DNA of 64,000 nt from Cycas panzhihuaensis (lineage: Eukaryota > Plantae > Cycadophyta), in NCBI GenBank assembly GCA_023213395.1, contig CM041465.1, positions 180,551,741 to 180,615,740 on the forward strand, read 5' to 3'. The notes beneath the pieces are model-generated. The model did not search any database, had not been told where the DNA came from, and saw only the letters and a program-made list of their open reading frames with translations. The translations under genes were made by a program, and so were the position numbers. Of this stretch, positions 1 through 14,159 are shown piece after piece; positions within the stretch are counted from its first letter, which is position 1; each line of letters begins with the position of its first letter.

Positions 1-2850
1 TGACTGCTTCAACTGAGTATGTTTTTGGAACATTTTTCTTATACATCATGCTATGAGCCATTTCTATTAAGACTTTGTTTTTCCTTTCTCCAACCCCATT
101 AGATTAGGGTATGTAGGGCATTGTAAATTACTTCTGTATTCCATTGGCCTTACAATATTCTAAAAAGTCTTTAGAGATGTACTCACCTCCACCATTGAAT
201 ATTATACACTTAATTCTTGTCTTTGCCTCCACTCTATTTTAGCTTTAAATTCTTTAAATACATCATAGACTTCTAATTTATTATACAAGAAGTAGACCCA
301 AAATTTTCTAGTTAAATCATCTATGAATGTGAGGAAGTATCTACATCCATTAATGGAGTGTGGAGACAATGGGTCACACAAGTTAGTATGAATTAATTCA
401 ATTTTTTTCTAGGCTTGCCACTTGTTTTCTTGGATGTTGCTTATTAGATTGGCAGCTTTTACATATAAAATTATTAGATGTTATTAAGGGTAGACCTCTT
501 ACTAGACCCTCTTTTGCCATATTCTTTAGTTTTTCTATGGGAAGATGATCATACTTCAAATGCTACATTTTATTACTATGACTCAGTATAGTATATTCTT
601 TTATGTTAGGTAAAATAGGATGCAAAAGTAGCCTATATAGGTCATTACTTTTAGCCCCTTTTGCAATTACATGGCTATTATTTTTTATATCAAGGATATA
701 ACAAAATCCTTTTTCATCAAATATATGTGTAACCCCTTTTTTCTAAGTTGGGAGATAGACAATAGGTTTATTTTAAAAGCATAGACTAAGAGTACATTTT
801 TAATTTTTTCAACCTTATCCTTTATTTTGATATCAATGGTTCCCACTCCTTTTATTTCAATTGGGTATTTATCTCCTAATTCTACTGATTTTTTAGAAGA
901 GTATGGCTACAAGATTTTAAACCATTCTTCTTGGCTATTCATGTGGCGTGATGCTCCTAAGTCAATGTACCACACATCCTTGTCTTTGAGGCTTGATGTA
1001 AGTGCAACAATGAAGGTTGTTTCCTCCTCTTTCTTTTCATGACCAGTCTATTACTTACTATAGTTTTCCCTATTGACCACTTTCCTCTCTAAATATTTGC
1101 TCTCTTGCATTAGTATGGAAAATGTCTTGATGGGCCATAATGATAACACATGTCAAAAGCCCTATATAAACTTGCAAAATGACTAGTCTTACTGTAATTA
1201 TAATAGATTCTTGGAGTAGTACTATGCCCTTGTCCTCTTACATCTTACCAATGGCCTTGTGATGGAGCACAACCTTTAAGAGTTCTCCCTCTTCCTCTTA
1301 CTTCAACCTCTAGATCCTAGGTTTAGTCTGGAGGTAAACGCATCCTCAAGTTCTCCTGTATCCTCATATATTCTATTCCTTTGCTCCTGTCTTAGAAGCA
1401 ATCCTATCAAAGTATCCATTATCATCGTTGCTATCTAATCAACATTGGTGATGGTGTTTATTGTCATATCAAATGACTTGGGTAATTTATTGACTACAAG
1501 TTCTACTAACTCCTAATCTATAATTGGAGCACCCCCACTAGGAAGATCATTTCTTAGTAAAATCACTTTATGCAAGAAATCAATGATGGTTTTAGACTCC
1601 TTTATATGGAGTTTGAAGAGTTCTTCTTTTAGGGTTATTATTTTGGCTTTATTTTTTTATCCATACAAGTTCTCCATGTATTTCTAAATACTTGAGTGGA
1701 GTATAAATTTTCAACATATATAAGAAGGGGATCAAATGTTGATAGTTTTAATATTATAACCTTTGTATATCATGTTCTTCCTAGTTAGTTAAATTAGTCC
1801 CAACAACTTTAGGTTTAGATTCATCTCTCATTGTAATTCTCTAAGTATTTTTTGCTCTAAGAAGTATCTCTATCTTTATTTTCCAAATATCATAGTTGGT
1901 GTCTATGAGATTATCACTATCAGAAAGGTCTAAGATAGATAAGGCCATCTCAGAGAGAAAAATAAAGTTTAAGTTGTCCTAGGTCATACAATAATACAAA
2001 TTTCTTTATGGTACCTAAACAGTACAAATGAAAATAAAACTTACCTTAAAAGAAAGGTATTGAGGAATAGATTATAGACCTATAATTTGTTTCTTGAAAT
2101 AATTCCTAATTAGGGAGAAAAATGGCTTGGAAAATCTAAATAGGCAGCTAGGGTTTCTCATTTTATAAATTTCTCAAAAAAAAGCCAATAAAAATCTTTA
2201 AGACAACATTCACTTAAGACATATGCTCTAAACATAAGATTTTAGATAGATTTTACTTGGAGTTTTAGTCAGATCTGAGCGAAATCTTTGAATCTCCTTC
2301 TCTACTTGTGCAACTGGTAAATAGCCAAAAACACCCTTTGAATGACCTTAGATCACTTCAATGTTGAAGAGAATATTATAGAGGAGCTTGAGATCTCTAA
2401 TCTGGTTGAGTTTCATTAAATTCTAAGACTCTAAAATTTTTAGGTCTGTACAATTGTATGGTTCTATATAGGCAATCCATACTCCTTCTAGAACTTGCCT
2501 TTCTCTTCTTGATTCTACTTTTCTTCCCTTGAAATATTTCGTCTTTCTCTTTGGTTTCTTCTTTATAACTTGACTTAAAGTTGTACTTATCTCCTTCTCA
2601 CAGTTTTACAAAGACCCTCTCTTAATTAGGCAGAATGACCTACTCTAGTACCATGTTAGATTGACACCTCAATGATAGATGAAGAATGATTGATGATTAT
2701 TATTAAGAGTACAAGAGTATATATATAATTAGGGTTTGTAACCCTCTTTGAACTAGCTTGTAACTGACACATTACATAATGACATGTGTCCTTAGTTTAC
2801 AACCATAGAACTTTCTCTAGAGAGCGTAGATCAAATATTATGTTCTAACA
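1..2850 (-). mobile_element. Ty1/copia LTR retrotransposon, degenerate, 5' half (runs off the left edge)
   Basis: Minus-strand remnants of the integrase core (IELIHTNLCDP ~370-405; NGGGEY ~180-197), protease (DVWYIDLGASRHM ~940-980) and gag. Met-type PBS tggtactagag at 2643-2653, next to a 197-bp LTR. Confidence 0.88.
2654..2850 (-). repeat. 5' LTR of the copia element (197 bp)
   Basis: Terminal inverted repeat TGTTAGA...TCTAACA, directly adjacent to the PBS. Confidence 0.8.
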
Positions 2851-3119
2851 CTAAGACTAACCTTTTCTCTTGGTAGTGGTGCCTTCTATTCTACTTTTGG
2901 CCATAAAAGGGGTAGAGTCCTTATTGCCTTAACTCAACTACATACTTATTTAATTTATAAAGATCTATACTACTTTTCTCTTGATTTACTAGAGGGAATG
3001 TTGATATGGAATTTCTATTCATATGATTTAAGTTGGTTTTATTATCTAACCCCTTTTCTTAATGAAAGCATTATATCTTTTGGTATACTATAAAGGACAA
3101 TAGGGAGATAGAGTCAGCA

Positions 3120-3600
3120 TGCCCATATATAATAGCATTCACCCCACTCCTCAGGGTAAGAGAGATATAGGCTCTAGAGGTCTAAGAGCTTCGATCAAAG
3201 TAGGATAGGACCCTATCAGGTTAGGAGCAATTATAGACCTAGGTGAGAGAGTTGGAAGCTTGAGATGGAGGCGGGTTGATAGTAAGGACAACTCCCATAT
3301 AAGTAGATTTAGGCATAGAGGTATATATCGCATTGCTCCAGTAGTAATTCCAAGAGATCTAAAGGGAGAGGGATTACATGCAATATAGGTACAATCACCT
3401 TGTAGAGTGGATGGCTGCAATATCCTTGAGGACCCACAGAGTGACTCCAAAGTGACAATCAAGAGATGTGAGTTATTTACAAGATGAGATGAGTGAAGAA
3501 GGGGTACCCTATCAATTGAGGAGGACCTACAGAGGCATATGGACTCCAGAAAAGGGGAGAGAATAGCCAAGAGATGATGCTCTTTGAGGGAATGAGGGAT
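3120..3600 (+). pseudogene. C-terminal coiled-coil part of the antisense extra ORF of E1
   Basis: Translation through stops (IAFTPLLRVRE...ERDYMQYRYNHLVEWMAA) aligns with the E2 antisense exon (VAFAPLVRARD...ERYHIQA*YD*LVDQMVS). Confidence 0.6.
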
Positions 3601-4189
3601 AATATATATTACATTTGTACTATTAGATTATGGCCAAGAAAGCTTGGACCTTTAGGGGTATATATGCTATGCATATCTTGATGGGTTAATGTACATCCCT
3701 CTAAGGATTCCAACTTCCTAGAGTGCATTTACATTGACACTACATATGTATATTATTTTTTATACATGTATATATATAGAAGACCAATTGGTACCTCACA
3801 ATTTTGGATTTATAAACTCATATGTTTTATCGTTTGTGTGTATGTATATGTGTTTATTTGCTTATGATTGATATGCTATTTGACTTAGTGTATGGCACCT
3901 TAGCTCACATACTAAACCCACATACAACCCACATGAAATGATATCACACGGTTGGAATGCACATTATGATGGGTAGTTTAAGCTCATTTTAGAGTAAGAG
4001 GGAAGCTTCAATAGCATGTCACAACTTCCAAAAGAAAAGGGGGGTATATGAACCCAGGGGTTATCACCATAGTTTTACCTCATCAGTGAATGATCCTCAA
4101 AGGTAAGGTTAAGGGGGGATTACCCCCATAGAGATGAGCCTCAGTAAGTGATCCATTGGGCTAAAATGGAGTCATTTACTAGTGGTAAG

Positions 4190-4600
4190 TGACACTCCAA
4201 GATGAAATCGACTAGGCTATCGACTTTGGTATTAAGTTCACATGGAGTATAACAAACATCTATGAAAGCAAACATAGCCAACAAAGCCCCAATTGTTATA
4301 GCTAAGAACCTCAAATGTGGGGAATGGATATGATAAACTTATGTAAGATAAGATATGATTATCTTAGAGTCACAACATAAGGTAGTGGGGCCATGATTGA
4401 AGCAGAGCACATCCGCCAATGCCTCTATGATGGTGATGCATTTTGTCTCATTATTAGTGGCATTAGATAACAAGATTCTAGATTGCATAAGGGTATGGCC
4501 ATGGTGGTCCCAAATAACCCAAGTAGTAGCAAATGACCCAAGGTTCCCGTGGCTACCCCCATTAGTATGGATAGTCAATGACTCGCTATCCAAGCTATGA
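4190..4600 (-). pseudogene. Archaeal-type RNase HI (aRH) of E1, degenerate
   Basis: ORF 4339-4593: LTIHTNGGSHGNLG...ATNNETK...LCCDSKII matches the RNase HI motifs DG.SRGNPG / TNN.AEY / DS.LV. Confidence 0.82.
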
Positions 4601-7600
4601 GTATGGGCAGATAAGAGGACATCATGAAAAGAAAGCTATCATAGGGTAATGGTAGCTCCAATTTATAATTGAAATCACAAGTAGAAGGGATGTGGTCAGA
4701 ATCATATCATAAGATAGTAGGACATGAGGGATCTGACATGTACCAGACCTCATCATGAGGTGATTGCATTTGGATTAAGTAGGCCTCAATAGTCGATGAA
4801 GGACTAGACCACATGGTGGTGGTATGTACATGAGCAATCCGCTAATGGGTACGCCTCCATGTGGTAGCTTGGGTTGAATGCAAAGGTAGGTGCAAGCCTA
4901 AACCTGGTGACCTAGAAGAATGGTCAAGGGTCCTTGGAGGAGGACTAAAAGGACAGGAAGGATCCTCATGGAAGGCATCCATGGGTGTATGGGAAATAAG
5001 AGTGACATGTTGTATTAAGGGTTTATGGCCCTCAATATCTAACTTAGGGTCACTCATAACAACCAATTAGCCATAGCTACCTATGCTAATAGGGGAAAAT
5101 CTAATTAGATTAAGTTCAAAATGAGACTGGGGCTCATCCTAGCAAGAGTTAGATGACTTAAAGAGGTTTCCTAAAGAGGGAAGAGGCTCATCATAATTGC
5201 TATCTCTAGAATTAAAGATAGTTTGACAAGTGGGAGGAGAAACATGAGAGGGAGGAAGCTCACGAGTGATAACCTTAACTTATCTTTAATGGACAAATTT
5301 AAGTTGGCCCCATTGCAAGGATCAGATAACTTTCATTTGATCAAGCCATAGTTGACCTCACAAGAGGTTGTAATTAACATCAATGTTGAGAATAACTATG
5401 TTTACTAGCATAGTCTTCTCCTCAAAAATGAGTTAGAGGGTCACTATCCCCAAGGGGGACTTCTCACTCCTATCATACCCCTGGCATTTCTAGGGGATAT
5501 ACTTAAGAGCCTCTATGCCTAGCTTTTCTATCATTTGCATAGTCATAGTATTGACTAAGGAACTATTATCTATAACAATCCTCTTCAAGGTAAAATTAGG
5601 AGTATCGATGATGATAGTGAATAGGTATTGCCAATAGTATTCCTATTTACTAGGAAATGGAAGGTCTTGAGGTTAAATTAGATGGTATGAGGTCCATGAG
5701 AGTTAGTGTCTATAGTCTAGATGGGGGTGTCTAATTGACTAAGAGCCTTTAAAATAAGAGTGTGTTGCTCATGGTAACTCCACAAGATGTCCATCATGGA
5801 CATTCCCATAAAATTTGAGTGCAACTCTTCAATAATGGAGAAGGTCTTCCCCTTCCCTATAGGTTGGAGAAGTGCCCTCCTGAAATCATATCACCTAGGG
5901 CATATGGGAATGGTCTTTATGACCACAGGAATCTCTATTGGGAGAGAATTTATAGGGATTTATTGAGAAGAGGAGGCTTTATTAGCCTCTCTAGTAGCTT
6001 GAGACCTCGTGACTGGGTATATGGGGGTAGTCTCTAGCAACTAAATGATCTTTGTCTCCTAGTTATTAGAATGAGAAGAGGAAGTATGGTGAGATATAAG
6101 ATTAGAAGGAGGAGAGGAATTGGTATGGATCTTGACCTTCTCTTGACCTAAGGAAAGGAAGGGATTTCATCTCCTATTCCTCGGTCTCCTATTTTGAAGA
6201 GAGTAATTCCATTCCTCATGGTTAGTAAATAAATCACGATAAACAAGTTACTCTAAATTTGGCTTGGAAGCACCCTGTGAAGGAGGCTCACAGGATGAGG
6301 TAAGTTTAAGGTGTTACTTCCAACACTACAAATCATTATGGAAACACTCACTATGAATGGAATACTACTTCCTTTTAGGAGGGGATCATGTCCCCTTCCT
6401 TTGAGAGGTAGTGTTGGCATTTGTCAATGAGGTGGTCTTGGAAGTTTGATGGACATAACATTCAAATTTATGAGAGGTTTGAGTTGGTTACAATTTAATA
6501 TGTTTAACCATTTGCTCAAAGGAGTGAATAATAGATGTAAGGGGATCTAGGGTTTTGTCAGTTGTGTTAATGGGAAGATTAGAAGCTAGCTATTACTTCT
6601 TTTGGTCACATGAGGGAGGGGGTGTCTCTCAATATTGTGATTACCTTAGAAGCTTTTTGAGACTAGCTTGGATCTTAATACCTTCCAATGCTAAGCATTT
6701 AGCTATAGTGGAATCATAAGAAGTCACTCATATATTTAGGACCTTAGCATATACCTATGGGCACAACACATTAATAAAAAGATCTTGCTTTAATTATTTG
6801 GGTAGTGTTTCCTTCAAAGAATAAAGGAGATCATGGAACTATTGCATAAAGTCATATTTTAGTTCCTCAAGCCTTGTTTAAGTGAGAGTAGGGCTTTGAC
6901 CCCACTCTCAAAAGACTGGGTAATATAAAAAAAAGTTGATAAATTCATCAAAAAATTACTAAAAGGTTGATATGGAGTGAGCAGAGAGATGATATAACCA
7001 TTTAAGGGCATCTCCCTAAAGGGATCTAGGGAAACGTTTCATTAGAATATGGTCATAGGCCTAATAGTTTATGCATGCCATGGCAATTGCCTTAACATGC
7101 TTAGTTAGGTCATGGGAGGAGGTGCCATTGAACTTGGGTACCTCAAGATGATAAGGTAGTGAGTTAGTTATTAGCACCTTAATGGACAATGAGGTTGACC
7201 AATAATTAATGAAGGGATAGGTCCTTAGTTAGATTAGTGGGTTAACTTGGGAATAAGGGGATGTAGTATAAGGTTGCCCATTCCTAACATTTGGTGAGTA
7301 AGGGGTGGCATCGTAAGGATGATGCCCTTGTTGACAAGGGGCATAAGAGGTAGGAGGGTAGGCTATCCCTCCTGATGGACAAGAGTATGCAACCCCCAAA
7401 TAGGTAATCGTTAGATAAGGAGATGGGTAAGAGCATGTCACTACACCTTAGGGATGAGTTATGTAAGAATGTAAGGGTTGAGGATATGCTCCTGTAGGAG
7501 CAGATAGGTAGACATGCAAAGATGAACCTATATAAGGCATAGAGCAAGGTTGACAAAATGTAGGATGGGGAATGGGGTTTTGCCTATATGGAACCCTAAT

Positions 7601-8300
7601 GAGAGAGGAAACCCAATAGGGATGAAGGGGATCAACCCCATATGTATGAAGGGGATTTGATCCCCCATGCCCCCAGGGTTGAGATGTGTACCCTAGAGGA
7701 ATGTAGATTGAAGGGTCCACAGTTTGTGGCCATAAATAGATGGAAGTCATACCCCCATGTCCTGTATGGTATATGGGAAAGGGCATGATTGAAGGAAAAG
7801 AAAGGGTTGATGTGGTAATAGGTTAGAATATGTTAGTTAGAAGTGAAGGCATATTTACCCCTACTCGAGGAGTTTGTATACTTGAAGTGGTTTATTGGCC
7901 AGGAGAGCCACATATGGAAACATGCCCCACTAAAACTACTTCCTAGAGGGTAGAGGAAGCGAAAGGAAGGGATGAAGGAGGGGGAATGATGGAATATAGG
8001 TGAGCCAAAGTTTGAAGGAATCTTTACAACCACTTAGGGAGTGGTTGCATAGTTACAACTTTGAAGCATCCCCATAGGGCTTCAACCACATCCCTATGAG
8101 AAGCATATTATTGTTTTTAAGAGGTGGAAACTTCCCCTTGATGACTAGAATGAGATGGATAGGTTGTAGAGATACGTTTAGGGCATGAAGCAAGGTCCCT
8201 AGGTTGATAACTTCTTATGACATATTAGGGAGTGGTTGAGGGTCTTGGCAACCTTCAACCATCTTAGTATGATAATATGTAGGATCCCCACCAACTTGGG
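4600..8300 (-). pseudogene. gag-protease polyprotein of E1 with Pro-rich N-terminus, many stops
   Basis: Retrotransposon gag core ~6650-7150. The retropepsin (IVIDNSSLVN...CQGYDRSEKSPLG...NYNLL) is near-identical in pattern to E2 28000-28350. Confidence 0.75.
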
Positions 8301-8638
8301 TGAGATTATACTAAGAGGAAAGAGCCTTAGGATGAGGCTAATATGAAGTGTAAGGGTCATTGGCCTAATCATAAGGATAACCCTCCATTGATGATTCTTT
8401 AGTTAAATGAGGGGATATGGGAATAAATAGGCTCTACTTCAATGGGAGGTAAACCACGTGAGTGGTGTGAGAAATGTTGCATTTGTGAGTGAACCATTTC
8501 ACTTAAGGAAGACAAGAGAAGAAGAAGGAAAACAAGTAACAAATAAGATGTCTAAAGGAAACATAGGCTAATAGGCCCTATGGAAGGGGGAAAAGTACAC
8601 AAGCAAGCTAAAGGTGTCTTAAAGCATTCTAACTGGCA

Positions 8639-8656
8639 TCCCTAGTATGGTCACTA
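8639..8656 (-). other. Primer-binding site of E1 (Arg-tRNA-like, Tat/Ogre type)
   Basis: tagtgaccatactaggga follows the LTR end ...gtaatctca after a 1-nt spacer. It is a decayed TGGCGAC...CTGGGGA type and matches the E2 PBS. Confidence 0.7.
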
Positions 8657-8657
8657 G

Positions 8658-11136
8658 TGAGATTACTCTTATTAGGGGTACCTAAGATAACAAACACTGT
8701 GGAGAGCTAGGCTTAGGTTGTGGGACCTAGTATGGGGTGTAAAGTAGTCTTAAGTGGCCCTCATAGGGCACTCATACACCCAAGGGTGTGGATTTAGGAA
8801 TGCATGGGTGTGATCCCTTTCCTTTCCTTAAGGGTTTGGAGAAATATGCCATGATTAGGAAAATTACCTTAGCAAGGGGCCAACATGGTGAATAAAGGGG
8901 AGAGAGAGAGAGAGAGAGGGTTAAGGGATAAATAGGCATAAGCCCACTTAATAGAGCATGAGGGGTATGGTTGGATTTTTTTTGTTAAGTTGTTTGGAAC
9001 AAGAACAAAAAGAAAACAAAAGAGAGGTACCTAACGAGTAAGGAAACCTCGCTCTCTTTTCCTTTAACACTCTCTTCTTTCTTTTCTAAAAAGAAATATG
9101 CATGCTAATTGGAGGAAAGGAAAATAGATATGACCAATTGGGGAGCAAAGAGGGGAGAAGGTAAAGAATCTTTCCCTATATGAAGCCCTAGCCCAAAACA
9201 CCCTTACTTTTAATATTCCTTTTTGCTAAAATAAAAGGGAAATCAAACCTATTTCCTTTCTTGTAAATTAATTTCCCTTTATTTTCACTATGTAAGAAAC
9301 CCTCCCCTACTTCCTTATTTTTCTTTTTTAGTGATAATGCAACTAATAAGGAACAAATAATAAAGGATGGGAAACTATTACAATGGGGAGTAGAGTAAGA
9401 ATAATAATAAGAATATGAAATTACAAAAGAAAAGGGGAAACTGGTACACCTAGATTTAGTTGATGGTTGGTGACCCTGCTCCTCCTCACCTCTCTTTGTC
9501 CTCCTTTCTGATGCTTATGTTATCAGTTGAAGAAAAATCAAGGGGTTTCCACTTACCCACCCCAAATGGAAAGATAACAAATTGAAGGCAATAAAAGGAA
9601 TAAGTAAAAGAATAATGCAACAACAAGCATAAGAAGTGTGGGCCACTCACCTTATTGAGGTGCACCTTCTTCAAATCCTAATATTAATGGTGGAGGGTTG
9701 CTCATTTCTATGCCTATAAATTAGGTCTAGAGAAAGGGCTACTACCCTAATAATCTTTCAAAAAATTCTAATTGTGTGAAAAAGCTAACCAATATATAGA
9801 CATGAAGCACGCATATATGTATATGCAATAAATAGTAGAATGGCAATAGAAATAAATATGAAGCAAAGAGGTGAGAGGTGCCTCAGAATGGTGTGCCCCC
9901 CTCTACAAAGGTGATTTCCTTAATTGTACTAAGGAGAGCCACTATAACATGAACCTATAACTCAATAAAAGGTGTATGCAAAAGGGGAAGGAGAGATCAA
10001 GAAAATCCAACCCTATCTTCTACTATTACAATGGAAGGAAAAGCTACCAAATCCAAACAACCCTAGCTATACAACATAATAACAACAAAGTAAGGAGGGA
10101 AAGAGTGAGAGGGAGTCTCACAAAATGGTAAACCAAGGTAGGGTGGGGAATGCCCAATCTAATGGAGAGGTAAGAAGTAATGGCCTCCTAATATAAAGCT
10201 CTCCAATGCTCCTTTTCATGCACTAGGGTTGATCTCCAACTTCTTCACCTTAGCTCCAAAAGCATGCAAGTCATATTAAGAGTAGAAGGGTTGTTATGGT
10301 AAAATTTTAGAAGCATTTTGGTATTGTAAGAAGAATGGAAGATGTATCCTATCCTACCTTCAAATTGGAGGGGTTTTATAGGAAAAAATAAGGTGTGGGG
10401 GTGGTGGTTTCATGCACATAAGTTGGAGAAACCACCACCTAAAACTTGGATGGAGCTAAGGAGGATGATTCAATTCTTAATAAAAATTGAATTAAAAAAT
10501 GACATTAGAGGTCCAATGAGGTTCCTTAGGGTATGTTGAGCTAACTTGGGCTGATGTGGCACCTCAAGCCTACTAAACAAGGCAACAAAAAGATCCATTT
10601 AGCCATTGGGGATATGATTGGAGGCTGCAACAGTCATACTATAGACAAATCTATGGTACTATGAATTTCTCTATGGTACCACTTTCTGCCCCAAAAAGGG
10701 TAATGGTATAGTAATATAATATTAAAAGGGAGCCCAAACTCTATATTAAGGCCACTCTAACTCCCAAAAACTAGTCCCAAGACCTAAAATAAGGGGTGAC
10801 TAGTAGCTATGGAGGAGAAATGAGACCAAATGAATAAAAATAGGCCTGAAAAGAGAGTTTCAAGGATGTAGAGAGGTTCCCTTTCCAACTGATAGGCCAA
10901 CATTAGGGCGGGGTAGGGAGGGGCTTTAAGGCCATTATAATAGAGTCCTAGTCATCATTGGCATGAAAGAAGGCATAGGCAAGCTAAGCAAGTCAAGCAA
11001 GTATACACTTAACAATCAATCATACAATACAGAAAACAAAATAACATAATAAATGAGATAGGAAATAAATATGGAGATACGTACCTATACTTACCTATGT
11101 CATCGTGTTGATGCCATTCTTAGAAGTTAGGAAATA
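8658..11136 (-). repeat. 5' LTR of E1 (~2.5 kb)
   Basis: Minus-strand start tatttcctaacttctaagaatggc...taggtaagtataggtac aligns to the E2 LTR start tgttttacagctaccaagaatggg...caggtaagcgtaggtac. It ends in CA before the PBS. Confidence 0.72.
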
Positions 11137-12339
11137 GAAATTTTCTGACTAGTCCAACACACAATGGGGAATATGCCATAAATAGCCATAAAAAGAGACC
11201 TTATTAGCCAACTATTGCAATAGCTTTTGCCAAAAAATATAGAAGGTAAACTCTTATAATGTACTAAACACATCCATATCTATATAACGGTACCATTCTT
11301 CATCTGTAATACAATCTACGAGGGGTACATAGGATAACCAACTCCTATTTTATATCCCAATAAAGGCATAACTAATTTTAAGGCTTCTCATCATACACCT
11401 TTCCATTCATACTTTAATTTTATCATAAACACACTAGTAAATCTACATTAGACTTGTTCAAATACGCACACATTGAACAAGCAACCAATAGGCTATAAAC
11501 CTCATGATAACATTTGTTGAACCACCTAAAGTATAATGGCCCACTATAAATTAATAACCACTTATATGAATAGGCTAATAAACTATAAATTCTAAACACT
11601 TTCACCATACATATCTGATATAAAAGCATTGATATAACTTGAATAAAAAACACCACTTTATAATGAATAAACCACACTTTTATAATGAATTTAGAATGAT
11701 CCATTACCATAATCACTATTTTCTTACCATGCAGCTTGATATCTCTATACAACTCACCACCCTTACCCATTAATCACCTTTGTCTCTTATTAATCATTGA
11801 ACTACCATTATCTTAATAACTCTTGCCAAACACACTCTCTCATATAACCACATGCAAGAAGAGTTTCACATCGCCTCATATCGTCAAATAAGTCGCAAAT
11901 TAAGTGTGCCTAATACACTCACTTTACCACATCACCTTATACAAACCTCATACATTCCTTATATTGCCAACAAACATGCCACTTTTATCAATGAAAAATG
12001 CACCGAGAAGTTGCCTTTTTTATGTAAACAATGTACTCAAAGAACACTACTTAGTCTACTCACTTCAATAAGAAATCACACCACCTTATTCATGCCATTT
12101 TTAAACTTTATATATATGTCATACCTCTGAGTACCACACCAAAAATTTATAACTCAAGGTTGACAAAACATAAAATAATAAAATGGCACTTCATACTAGT
12201 GATTGATAAAATGGTGAATGAGTATATTATGTAATGGATCCTTTATAAATATACATAAATTATATCAAAGATAATGATAAGTGACTTCATCATTATCAAA
12301 GGGTACAATATTGGTGACTATATATATCAAATGATGCCT

Positions 12340-12341
<2 letters not shown>

Positions 12342-12379
<38 letters not shown>
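12342..12379. repeat. (TA)n microsatellite
   Basis: Direct reading. Confidence 0.95.
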
Positions 12380-12382
<3 letters not shown>

Positions 12383-12639
12383 CATGGCAAACTGTGATAT
12401 TATATCAAAGGGGTGAAAAAAATATCAAACATTATTAAATATCAATCTTTAAATGCGATCTTGAATATATCATGACAACTATCATTAAATAGTGAATTAA
12501 TATATTCATCAAGCAACAATCAATGATCAAAATATGCATTTAGGTGATTGCATTTAACTAAGAAATTTATCAAAATATAGGCAATGTAATAAAATGGGCA
12601 ATTATAACATATACTATAGAATACCTTAGTTTCTCATAA

Positions 12640-13747
12640 ATTTTATGGGGCCTACAATTATATTTATCAAGGTGGCAATATCTATGCATCTCCTATATCT
12701 TATGCATTTTTGGCTGCAATGTCTACAACTTATATTCTCTCAATGAAAACTATGTTTTTCTATGTCTAAAATTCTATAATGATGTCTACAATCACACATA
12801 TCACTTGTGTATGACTTCAATATATTTAATTGATTTGATTTTTTAGTCATATGACTCTGCAGATTATTCTCTCGTGTATTTAATAACTGCATATATGATG
12901 GGTATACATTCCTCTTTCATGGAAGCTCTGCTCCTCACAACTTGATCAATTAAGCAATGGCATCCTCCTCATCTCTAGGATAATCTATTGTAACATCCAT
13001 AATCTCAGGCTATGATTCTATCATAGCATAGGTGGCTAAACTCCTTAATTTAGTTGCTAACTTAGTGGCACCTTAAATAATTAGATCTTGCACCTTTAAC
13101 ATACTCAAAATGGACACAATGATTGGAAAGAGAGTAACCAAGGGCTACAAATTTAAAAATGGAGATAACAACACTTGCAAAAACCAAAATAACACCTTCT
13201 ACTCATCTGCACATCTCTGAGGACCATAGAATCCTTGTTAAATAAAAAACATAAGGTTCTAGGATCCACACACAATCATCGTACATCTATGGCTATTCTT
13301 TTGGTTATTAGATAAGTCAATGCTTAAAGGGAGAGCTAGCATGACCTAGTAACCAACAATCAAATAATCTACCCAAAATTTATCTACTTGTACACCTCCT
13401 ACCACTCTGATACCATGATAGGAAACACCAAATATGTAAATAAAATGCCAAGATCATTTATATACATAAAAGACTCAAATAGAACATGCATATGTGACAA
13501 ATAGATTTGATGTGGGAACCTTTTCAGGAAAAACCCACCACAGAAATATTATTATTATACTTTTGGTAAATATGAATGTTATATTACAATGGACTTTGAT
13601 CCATATTTATAGATCATAAGTGTCTCAAATATTTGATATTTAAATTATATCCATCAGTCTAATATAACAATATTATATTAATATATTCAAACAATTTATT
13701 CACTACTTTTACATTAGTTAGCAAGTGGTTATAATACCACTCTAACA
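12640..13747 (-). mobile_element. Truncated copia-like element: 5' LTR (13416-13747), Met PBS and gag N-terminal remnant
   Basis: ctctgatacca at 13405-13415 (reverse complement TGGTATCAGAG) abuts an LTR bounded by tgatagg...tctaaca. The left boundary is approximate. Confidence 0.65.
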
Positions 13748-13749
13748 AT

Positions 13750-14146
13750 TGTAATGAAATGGAACTTCAACTTGAGACTTTTGGAGGTTGGATTTTTGGG
13801 AGACTTTAGTAGATTATTAAAGAGTGTATTAATTGACTTATCTTACCCTCTTAATCTCTCATATTTCATTTAGTATCTATGGCTATATGTATTCATTCAA
13901 GACATGGATAAAGGTAAAGTTTGCAAGGTCTTATTAGAAGATAATATTTAATTATAAAAGGTTCACTTAAATAGTATTAATTATTATATAATTAGAAGAT
14001 TAGGTATTTACTATTATTTAACAATTATGAATTATGATCTTTATATGTACACATTTGAGCATTTAATAAATACTTGATTATTTGAGTTTTTTCTCAAATT
14101 ATTAGTTGGGTATATGCACATTTACTTTTGTACATGGTATCAAAGC
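13750..14146 (+). mobile_element. LTR (13750-14134) with Met PBS; internal region lost
   Basis: tgta...taca termini followed immediately by tggtatcaaagc. Confidence 0.55.
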
Positions 14147-14159
14147 AAGCCTAAGTACT

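Larger units (their letters stand above)
3100..11136 (-). mobile_element. Tat-like Ty3/gypsy element E1 (5' LTR-gag-PR-aRH, then antisense ORF); 3' part not seen in the window
   Basis: Collinear homology to element E2 (21843-36966) in the LTR start, PBS, gag (PKFNGTSSHD...FPRSL*GDALKW ~7000-7140), protease (~5300-5640), post-PR linker and aRH. Left boundary is approximate. Confidence 0.82.

Noticed and set aside
11140-12130. Possible second, very decayed PLS-type PPR fragment on the minus strand
   Set aside because: Only scattered short motif resemblances across frames; cannot be supported without an HMM search.
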